A DNA stretch of 64,000 nucleotides from Candidatus Heimdallarchaeota archaeon (GTDB lineage Archaea > Asgardarchaeota > Heimdallarchaeia > Heimdallarchaeales > Heimdallarchaeaceae). Shown here piece by piece: positions 30,980-38,327 of the stretch (its first letter is position 1; each line of letters begins with the position of its first letter). Made by a program: the position numbers and the translations under genes. The stretch is taken from assembly GCA_021399345.1 (NCBI GenBank), contig JAAFKI010000175.1:1-64000 (forward strand), in the 5' to 3' direction. The notes under the pieces were generated by a model. That model searched no databases. It had not been told where the DNA came from and saw only the letters and a list, made by a program, of their open reading frames with translations.

Positions 30980-31119
30980 TGGCGAGGCAGCCGGGATTTG
31001 AACCCGGGTCGAAGGAGTTCGGCATTCAATGCAAGACTGCAAGGAATTTGACAGTCCCCCATCATTAACCAGAGATGGTACACAACCTTTCTCTTTAGGC
31101 CAGGCTAAACTACTGCCCC
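30980..31119 (-). tRNA. tRNA-Asp(GTC) with two 31-nt introns (31065-31095 at 21/22; 31018-31048 at 37/38)
   Basis: GGGGCAG/CTGCCTC+GCCA; removing both BHB-bounded inserts gives a normal archaeal tRNA-Asp. Confidence 0.92.
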
Positions 31120-31226
31120 AAGTTTTTATCTCCCGTTTCTTTTCTTACTTTATTTTTTAAATATGTCGGTTTATTCCAAAACAGTTATCGTCTAGTAATA
31201 TTTTGAATTATCATAGTATAAAGTAA

Positions 31227-31463
31227 CTACATGAAATCTTCTAATCCTACTTGTTTCTTGGTTCTCTGAAAATCCTTCAGTTCCTTATCCTTCTGGTCAA
31301 TGAACCATTGTTTAATGAGTTTGGTTGCAGGATCAACAACAGATTTAGGTATCCAGATAGGAGTATCAACAAAACCATCAATGAGAGCAAGAAAAGCTTT
31401 CTCAGTCTCTATATCTACCTTACCTAACAAATAATCTGAATACTTACTCTGTTTCTTTTCCAT
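31227..31463 (-). CDS. Small hypothetical protein with PIP-box-like C-terminus
   Basis: 78 aa; ETEKAFL, WIPKSVV; ends QVGLEDFM. Confidence 0.65.
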   Translation of the reverse strand: MEKKQSKYSDYLLGKVDIETEKAFLALIDGFVDTPIWIPKSVVDPATKLIKQWFIDQKDKELKDFQRTKKQVGLEDFM

Positions 31464-31566
31464 GTCAAAAAGAAAAAGAGATTTGGGTTTATAATTATGA
31501 AGGTAATTGTTTATCTATCTTGTATTATCTCACTTCTCTTATTGAACAAATGTAAGAATCTACAAG

Positions 31567-32367
31567 ATGAAAATCTATTTATCAAATAAAGAAAATCATC
31601 ACAATATAATGTCAATAGATAACTCCAATATCGAAGTGATGCCTGTTAAGTATGATTTCTATAGCAAATTAATGAAAGTTATATTGGATAATGCAAACCA
31701 ATTCAGAAAAGATGCACAATTACTTAGAGAAAAACTTTCCTTTGGACATGCATACTCGTTAGCTATTTTAGGTTTTGAAGAATTGAGTAAATGTTGGTTT
31801 GTTTTTGGTCTATTCCTTGGAGAGTATGAAGCATCTGATGACATTGTTTCTGATATTACTAGTGTTCATCTGACCAAACAAGAATTAGGTTGGCAGATTA
31901 TTGCAATGATTGTTATGATGGAATGGTTTGAGGAAACCCAATTTCAAGATGAAATTCAAGAACTCTTCAAACAGTTGACAAAAGGTGTTATTAATCTTGA
32001 AACTTACACAAAGAAATATATGAAATTTGCAGAAAGGGAAAGTAACTCATCTGATCTTGCACAACGAGTTCTTAAGTTAGAAGAAGTTAGCAAAAAACTT
32101 GAAGCAGATAATAAGTATATGATGAAAAAAAAGAATGAGGGATTCTATGTTGATTTTGATTTAATAAAAAGAAAAATTACAAGTTCCCCTGATAAATTTA
32201 TTTTAGGCGACATACAATTTATTGATACATTCGATGGCTTTTATCTTTATACTGAAGAATTGTTCAAAGCAATTTTAGATAATCTCAAACGAAAAAGTAT
32301 TCAAGAAGCTTTAAAGAATACAAGAGCAATGTTTAGGCGACTCAGAAATCATTTAGTATTAAAATAG
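31567..32367 (+). CDS. AbiV-family (HEPN) protein
   Basis: NANQF..DAQLL..HAYSLAILGFEELSK, H..KQ, GFYVD; start may be ATG at 31609. Confidence 0.8.
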   Translation: MKIYLSNKENHHNIMSIDNSNIEVMPVKYDFYSKLMKVILDNANQFRKDAQLLREKLSFGHAYSLAILGFEELSKCWFVFGLFLGEYEASDDIVSDITSVHLTKQELGWQIIAMIVMMEWFEETQFQDEIQELFKQLTKGVINLETYTKKYMKFAERESNSSDLAQRVLKLEEVSKKLEADNKYMMKKKNEGFYVDFDLIKRKITSSPDKFILGDIQFIDTFDGFYLYTEELFKAILDNLKRKSIQEALKNTRAMFRRLRNHLVLK

Positions 32368-32507
32368 GTTCATAAATGAGATATTCAGTTAGTCAATCTA
32401 ATGTTTTGTTTTACTACAGGGTATTTTTGAGAAACTATTAAATACCTATTTACAGTATTTTAAGAATATTACTTGAGAGATAGCTTGAGATAAGGAGGGA
32501 AATTCAA

Positions 32508-32870
32508 ATGGGTAATAGGGAAGAACATATTTCATTAGGAATGGCAATTGGGGCACCTATTATAATTGGTATGTTGGTAGGATTTGCTGATAGTTTTGCT
32601 GCAGGTTTATGGCAAGCTCTCTTAGGATTATTTCTTTTAGCTGTTGGATCTGTTCTACCTGATTGGTTGGAACCTCCTACACATTGGAATCACAGACAAG
32701 AAAATCACTCTAAAGAAACTCTATATGGAACAGGCATCTTTTCTGCTGTTTCAATTGTTCTAGTTATTCTTCATGACTCGGCATGGATAATATTATTTGG
32801 TTTACTTTTTGGTTACTCTTTACATTTGCTTCTAGATTCTACAACTAAAATGGGATTACCAGATGAATAA
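32508..32870 (+). CDS. Membrane-bound metal-dependent hydrolase (YdjM-like)
   Basis: N-terminal His, GSVLPD, HR..HS, GYSLHLLLD. Confidence 0.85.
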   Translation: MGNREEHISLGMAIGAPIIIGMLVGFADSFAAGLWQALLGLFLLAVGSVLPDWLEPPTHWNHRQENHSKETLYGTGIFSAVSIVLVILHDSAWIILFGLLFGYSLHLLLDSTTKMGLPDE

Positions 32871-33033
32871 TAATTTAATCAAACCCATACTTTGATGATA
32901 GATAGTAAGGTAAGCACTAAAGCAATTAAAGTAAGAAAGAGTTCTTAAAAGTTGAACAAAACGCAATTTAAACCGTTTTAGTAATTAAATACTCACTAAA
33001 AACTTAAATAATTTAACACTAATTTTAAACAAT

Positions 33034-33396
33034 TTGTCTATTGGTGAGAAAAATGAAAAACAGAATTCAGATAATCAACCCTCTATTAAGAAAAGGGAAC
33101 TAACAAGGGAACAACCATTCAAACCTGATGATATTTGTAAAACCTATTGTTCTTTAAGTAATAATAAGCAAGAGTGTTCAAAAGTCAGAAAAGAAGCAAG
33201 AAATGCGTGTTCGTTACTGCTTAAAAGATACTCCGGAAATAGAATAGAACAAGCTATACTTGGGGAAACAGGTTTTTCTTTAGAAGATTTATTGAAGCAA
33301 GTTCTGAAAGAGAAAAAACTGAAAGATAATGACAAAGTAGTCCTTTGTGCACAAAGAGAATTAACTAATCAACTAATGAAAATCAAGGTAAAATGA
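33034..33396 (+). CDS. Hypothetical protein with clustered Cys
   Basis: 120-aa ORF, TTG start, AT-rich upstream region. Confidence 0.5.
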   Translation: MSIGEKNEKQNSDNQPSIKKRELTREQPFKPDDICKTYCSLSNNKQECSKVRKEARNACSLLLKRYSGNRIEQAILGETGFSLEDLLKQVLKEKKLKDNDKVVLCAQRELTNQLMKIKVK

Positions 33397-33419
33397 ATAA
33401 TTTCTAAAAACTAATACAG

Positions 33420-33639
33420 TTATGTTCTCTCCAACTTATTCAAAACACTTTTTATGCGCATAATAAAACTTTCATCAGTTTCTTTTTTGAGAGCTTCTTT
33501 TAAAAGTTCTATCGCTCTAGGATTTCCTTCAAATCCTTCAAGGGTTTCTAATGCTTCTAGTCTAACACTCTCATTTTCATCTTCAAGTGCTTTAATGAGG
33601 TGTTTAACTGCTATGGGGTCAACAAATAGTTTTAGTCAT
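33420..33639 (-). pseudogene. HEAT/PBS-lyase repeat gene remnant with 1-nt frameshift
   Basis: Minus frame reads DPIAVKHLIKALEDENESVRLEALETL..NPRAIELLKEALKKETDE; the ATG at 33639 is one base out of frame across an A4 run. Confidence 0.7.
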
Positions 33640-33714
33640 CTCAATTTTCTCTGATTTCTCTTAGTACGAATAATTATAAATTCAAAGACTGTAGGTAAAG
33701 CTTGAAACCAAACG

Positions 33715-34638
33715 ATGAAAATACTAGTGCTTAGTGATATTGGTTGGTGGAGACGTCCTCCTAAATATGATTGCAGTGATGATAGTCCTTTGTATAGAAT
33801 TCTATCTTCTTACTTAAAAGAGATAATCATGGAATTGAAGCCTTCCTTTATTTTCTTAGGAGGTGACTTGATTGATAGAGTACCAGAACCTCCAGAAGAG
33901 GTTTTTCAAGAGTTAATAGAACTGTTGTATTTCATTAATGATAAGAAAATCTATTGCTTTTTGGTTGAAGGAAACCACGATTATAAATTCTATCCGAGAA
34001 TTGTAAAGAAGATTGAGAAACTGGAATATGTAATAGATATATCAGATAAAACTATACAAATAAACAAATTCAAATTCCTTGGGATTTCGTATCAAACATC
34101 CAAAAAGCTGCCTAAATTACAAGAGCTAATAATGAATAATCCACAGAAAATTGATTTTGTGCTAGCACATGCAGAATTATCTAGAAGAGTTATGCTTTTC
34201 AAACTTAACACTAGATTCATTATTACAGGACATTTCAGATCATATTTTTATCAATTGAGAGATAAGATTATTCTAGCTACGGATGTTTTTCCATACTATT
34301 ATGCTATAGTCGATTACGATGGCATCGAAGATAAAATTGTCCTTTATTATGAGGATGAGATAAGCATTGAAGGGATTCTAAAAGATAAAAATCTTATCAC
34401 TAAAAAAGATAAGAGGAATAAGTATCAAAAAGAATATGCTGAGGATTCCAAAAGAAAGATGTCGCTTCTTATGCAAGCTGAGGAGAGGCAGGATAGCGTT
34501 TCTGATGAAGAAATGGGTCAGATTATTTATAATCTAATGAAGGATGGAATTTCGGAATATCTAATATATGATTATCTAAAATGTAGAATAAATATCTGTA
34601 TACAATGCGGAAAAGTATATCCAAACTTAAAGAGTTAG
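33715..34638 (+). CDS. Calcineurin-like metallophosphoesterase with stop-interrupted C-terminal C2H2 zinc finger
   Basis: LSDI, GGDLID, GNHD, LAH, TGH motifs; CIQCGKVYPNLKS*KEHISSH. Confidence 0.8.
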   Translation: MKILVLSDIGWWRRPPKYDCSDDSPLYRILSSYLKEIIMELKPSFIFLGGDLIDRVPEPPEEVFQELIELLYFINDKKIYCFLVEGNHDYKFYPRIVKKIEKLEYVIDISDKTIQINKFKFLGISYQTSKKLPKLQELIMNNPQKIDFVLAHAELSRRVMLFKLNTRFIITGHFRSYFYQLRDKIILATDVFPYYYAIVDYDGIEDKIVLYYEDEISIEGILKDKNLITKKDKRNKYQKEYAEDSKRKMSLLMQAEERQDSVSDEEMGQIIYNLMKDGISEYLIYDYLKCRINICIQCGKVYPNLKS

Positions 34639-35064
34639 AAGGAACACATTTCTTCTCATAAGAAACTTTAGAACGAATTAATTATTTCTTGATTGAAGTT
34701 CAAGTTCGATGTCTCTTTTTTTCCTTTCCTTTTGCATAGAACTTAAAAACCATCTTCCAGTTCATTGTTCTCTATTTAGCTCATTCCCCAATTGGTTTAT
34801 AAAGGTGAAAACCATGTTTTTAAAGAACTTTGAAGTTTTTACCACTTTTAAAATGCATTTTACAGATATATTACTGAAGCTAGCTCACTTGATATTTATT
34901 TAATCTAGATAGGTATTTTATATAACTCTTCTTCCTTGATTTGGCACAAAATTTCTGTGGTGCTTATAACATCAACACTCTTCTATAATTTAGATAGGCA
35001 AGAATTACACCCGTAGTAAACCCAAACCCGTAATTCTTCGCTTATCACCAAAAAGAAAAAGGAG

Positions 35065-35202
35065 TTGAAAAGAGAAGAAGTTGATTGTCAGGATTTCCAT
35101 TTTGAGAATCTGAAGCAATTTTACACGTAGTACTATCGGTGGTTCCTCTACAGGTTTTAAATGTTAAGACTAGAAGAGAAACCATCGATTACAACTTTTC
35201 AA
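35065..35202. ncRNA. Structured non-coding element upstream of tnpB
   Basis: TTGAAAAG/CTTTTCAA enclosing helix; inner hairpins 35085-35119 and ATCGGTGGTT/AACCATCGAT (35135-35189). Confidence 0.4.
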
Positions 35203-35225
35203 AATAGGTTTCCAAGTTTATTTCA

Positions 35226-36788
35226 ATGAAACAATTTCAGGAAGTGAAATTTATGACTATCGAAGCAAGTAATAAACAAAAACAATCAGCATCTGAAGAC
35301 AAGAATCTGGTAAAACATGGAGAAGTCAAAAGCACAACTCAAGCACCATTAGCTACATTCTATGAGGTTATACCTTTGAGAATCAAGACGGAATTAATGT
35401 CTGTTCGAGAGTGTGAAAGGTTGCGAAGAATAACCGAAAGAGATACTAGAATCATCCAGCACTACCTTAGAATCATCAAACACAATGAGGAGAAAATTCT
35501 ACGAAAAGATGGTAAAGTCAACACTTCCCTTCTGGATAATTTGACCCTAACCACTTCTTTGAACACGAAGAACAAGTTACGAACTTCCGTTCCTCACGAC
35601 TTGAAGAAGCGTTATCCCCGTTGTTCACATGATGAATTCCAAGAATGCAGAGACAAAGCTATTTGGACTTACGAGAGTTGGAAAGCACAGCAAGATGTTT
35701 CTAAAAAGGAACTGAGTAGACCTGAATTCAAGAAGAAAACTCCTCGACCCATGTTCAAAGGAAAAGAAGGCAGAGGTACTTTTCAGATACATTTCAAACT
35801 TGATAATACTGATGCTAGACTTTGGCTGGAGTTAAGGGATTCGCTTGATACAAAACGATCTGACACTCGAACCCATCAGAGACTATGGCTACCATTAGCT
35901 TACTCACCTTACCATGAAAAGAGGTTGAAACTAGAGAACATCAAGATGGTGGAACTAGTATATAAATCCAAAGAACAGCAATGGTGGGCACATTTTACCC
36001 AACATATTTCTGTCCCAAGTTATCAATCCACTCTTTCACCTGCAGTGTTAGGAGTAGATCTGGGAATAAAGAAAACAGCTGTTGCTGTGTTACTTAATCC
36101 TACAGGTAAAGTAATCATGGATGAAATCCGCTTTATCGTTGATAAGGAGAGGCAGTCAAAAATATGGCAACTTAGTAGACAGATCAAAGAAACTCAGAGG
36201 AAGTTGAATAAAAGTCTCAACAACCGTCAGCATACTAAACAGCTTAACAATACACTCTTCCGTCTACGTAGAAGACGACGTTCTATTACAGAACAAGAAC
36301 TAGGATTTGCAGTTAACCAATTGGTTGATTTCATCCTTCAGTTGAAGAAGAGGTATAATCTGTTTGTGTCTGTTGGCTATCCTAAGTATATCCAGAGACG
36401 TCAACCTCGAGGTAGTGGAAACAAATCCTTACGTAAGCAAGTGCATAAGTGGTGTTATCGCTACTTTATCATTAAGCTGAGAAACCAGCTAGCTAAGTAT
36501 GGATTTGAACCGTATCGAGTGGTAGCTGTTAATGAAAGTTGGACCTCTAAAAGATGTTCCAGATGTAATTCTACAAACACTACCCGTACAGGACAAGGAC
36601 AGTTCAATTGCCATGATTACAACTACGAACTAGATGCCGACTTGAACGGAGCAAAAAACATAGGGAAGAGGTTGATTAGGTATGCGTTAAAACCAAACTT
36701 CAGCAGTATCAAAGATCTACTGACAGAAGAATGCTATCCTATACAACACTACAAGTGTTTCCTGCCCTTAGGTCAATGGCTTAAGTGA
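35226..36788 (+). CDS. tnpB: TnpB-family RNA-guided nuclease with rearranged RuvC-II
   Basis: GVDLG (D278), VSVGYP (G384), VNESWTSKRCSRC (E437), DADLNGAKNI (D472). Confidence 0.9.
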   Translation: MKQFQEVKFMTIEASNKQKQSASEDKNLVKHGEVKSTTQAPLATFYEVIPLRIKTELMSVRECERLRRITERDTRIIQHYLRIIKHNEEKILRKDGKVNTSLLDNLTLTTSLNTKNKLRTSVPHDLKKRYPRCSHDEFQECRDKAIWTYESWKAQQDVSKKELSRPEFKKKTPRPMFKGKEGRGTFQIHFKLDNTDARLWLELRDSLDTKRSDTRTHQRLWLPLAYSPYHEKRLKLENIKMVELVYKSKEQQWWAHFTQHISVPSYQSTLSPAVLGVDLGIKKTAVAVLLNPTGKVIMDEIRFIVDKERQSKIWQLSRQIKETQRKLNKSLNNRQHTKQLNNTLFRLRRRRRSITEQELGFAVNQLVDFILQLKKRYNLFVSVGYPKYIQRRQPRGSGNKSLRKQVHKWCYRYFIIKLRNQLAKYGFEPYRVVAVNESWTSKRCSRCNSTNTTRTGQGQFNCHDYNYELDADLNGAKNIGKRLIRYALKPNFSSIKDLLTEECYPIQHYKCFLPLGQWLK

Positions 36789-37124
36789 TTCTGCAAAGAA
36801 TACATCGTTTAGTAAAATTCGGTGTGCGAGGTCAAGAATCCGTCATCTCACTAATTAGACTGATTCGATAATGAGTGACCTTAATCAGGAGATGATTCCT
36901 TTGAACAGCTTGCTGTTCCAGAGACTGGTACTGTATTTTATGAGAGGTTTTTCTTTTCATTACTTACAGTTTCGTACGACGACAATCCATGCCACGCCAG
37001 TTTAGGAGGAGTTTTGAAAGAATCTGCTTGAAAACTTAGGTTTTTGTGTAGAGACTAACTCATCATAGGCCAGGCTTAACTACAAATTAAGTCTGACTAC
37101 AACCTCTCCCTCCTTTTTTCTTTT
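36787..37124 (+). ncRNA. Candidate omega/reRNA scaffold downstream of tnpB
   Basis: Consecutive helices GATTCT/AGAATC, TCATCTC/GAGATGA, GAACAG-CTTG-CTGTTC, GACTGG/CCAGTT, ACTGTA/TACAGT, AGGAGG/CCTCCT, CAGGCTTAA/TTAAGTCTG, then a T tract. Confidence 0.6.
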
Positions 37125-37197
37125 ACACTTGTCGTTTAGTATAACGAGAAACTCAATAGAACATCAACTAACATAGATAAAAAAGAAATTCAATGTT

Positions 37198-37770
37198 TTA
37201 ATCTAACCCAAATTCTACTCTCTTTCGTTCTACATCTTTCATTAGTTCCTGCGCAAAGGTTCTGAATGCATCCTCTACTTTTTCACCTGTTTTTGCTGAT
37301 GTAATAAAGAAAGAATCTTTTGGTATATTTAACTCTTGAATAATGGTATCAATATTTTCTTGTGAAACAGCAATTTGTTCATTTAAATCTGCTTTGTTTC
37401 CTATAAGGAAGTATATTGCATCTTCTTCAACACTCTCTAAACCTTTCTTCCATGCTTTCAAAGAACTTAAAGTGTTATTTCTTGTGAGATCATAAACTAA
37501 AAAACACCCTCTTGCTCCTCGATAGAATTTTTCTCTAACTGATGCAAATCGTTCTTGTCCGCCTATATCACTTATTAGAAACAACACTTCATCATTTTCA
37601 ACAAATAATTGTTTGCTTAGAATGTCTACTCCTATTGTCATAAGATATGATGCTTGGAATCGGTTGTGTACAAATCTAGTAATAAGAGAGCTTTTACCTA
37701 CTCCTGGGTCTCCTAGTAGAACTATTTTGAAAATATACTTCTTGCCTTGCCCCTCGTCTTCAGTCATCAT
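37198..37770 (-). CDS. Rab-like small GTPase (eukaryotic signature protein)
   Basis: FKIVLLGDPGVGKSS, TIGVD, DIGGQERF, YRGA, NKAD, TSAKTG; no C-terminal Cys. Confidence 0.93.
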   Translation of the reverse strand: MMTEDEGQGKKYIFKIVLLGDPGVGKSSLITRFVHNRFQASYLMTIGVDILSKQLFVENDEVLFLISDIGGQERFASVREKFYRGARGCFLVYDLTRNNTLSSLKAWKKGLESVEEDAIYFLIGNKADLNEQIAVSQENIDTIIQELNIPKDSFFITSAKTGEKVEDAFRTFAQELMKDVERKRVEFGLD

Positions 37771-37836
37771 TTTCCCCTTGTCAATTCTCTTTTCGTATTT
37801 TTTTATTAAGTTTGTGCTTGTCTTTGCTTGTTTTTT

Positions 37837-38250
37837 CTAATTATTAAACATTTTAACTAGTTCTACTGCTGTTTCTTCAGCTAATTCTATCTTAGGTGGA
37901 ATCAAGTTTAAACCATCTTCAGGAAATCGAGGTACTAAGTGGAAGTGTATGTGATCAAGTATTTGTCCTGCATCTCTACCATTGTTCTGAATAATATTCA
38001 AGCCTGTAGCTCCGGTTATTTGCTTTAATTTACTTGTAATTTCAGGTATTTTTTTTGTAAAATTCATTTCAGTTTCTGATAAATCGAATATTTGTTCAAG
38101 GTGTTTCTTTGGCACGAACAAACTATGACCTTTTGACATGGGATATATATCTAGAAATACTTTAATTTCGTCATCCTCATAGAGAGTATAGCTTGGCAAT
38201 TCACCTTTCACAATCTTACAAATAAGACATTCTTCATCCATATCAATCAT
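37837..38250 (-). CDS. HIT-family hydrolase
   Basis: CLIC, GHSL.VPK.H, AGQ..HIHFH. Confidence 0.93.
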   Translation of the reverse strand: MIDMDEECLICKIVKGELPSYTLYEDDEIKVFLDIYPMSKGHSLFVPKKHLEQIFDLSETEMNFTKKIPEITSKLKQITGATGLNIIQNNGRDAGQILDHIHFHLVPRFPEDGLNLIPPKIELAEETAVELVKMFNN

Positions 38251-38327
38251 GCTCTCTTCTTTTCCTAGTGGTTTACTTATCTTACTTTTCAGTTTTTTGT
38301 ATTGCAGCTGAAATAGTAAACAAAAAT

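Larger units (their letters stand above)
35051..37124 (+). mobile_element. Putative non-autonomous tnpB element; boundaries tentative
   Basis: tnpB with no transposase; imperfect inverted ends AAAAGAAAAAGGAG...GTTGATTGTCAG and CTGACTACAAC...CTCCTTTTTTCTTTT. Confidence 0.45.

Noticed and set aside
30926-31042. ORF-track N-terminal extension of the 30293-31042 ORF (likewise 30241-30372 and 40735-40959)
   Set aside because: They overlap the tRNA-Asp or neighbouring genes; downstream ATGs give proper signal peptides or domain starts.
34636-34638. Amber recoding (pyrrolysine or read-through) at the zinc-finger TAG
   Set aside because: TAG terminates ordinary conserved genes in this window (for example uS7, glmU, cyclophilin), no pyl genes are visible, and TTG to TAG is a single substitution in a decaying island.
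34680-34990. Possible gene (ORF 34709-34903, or a minus-strand remnant)
   Set aside because: No recognisable motif; minus-strand frames have multiple stops; cannot be assigned.
34990-37197. CRISPR array or Cas12f system around the TnpB-like gene
   Set aside because: No regularly spaced direct repeats and no cas genes in the flanks or elsewhere in the window.
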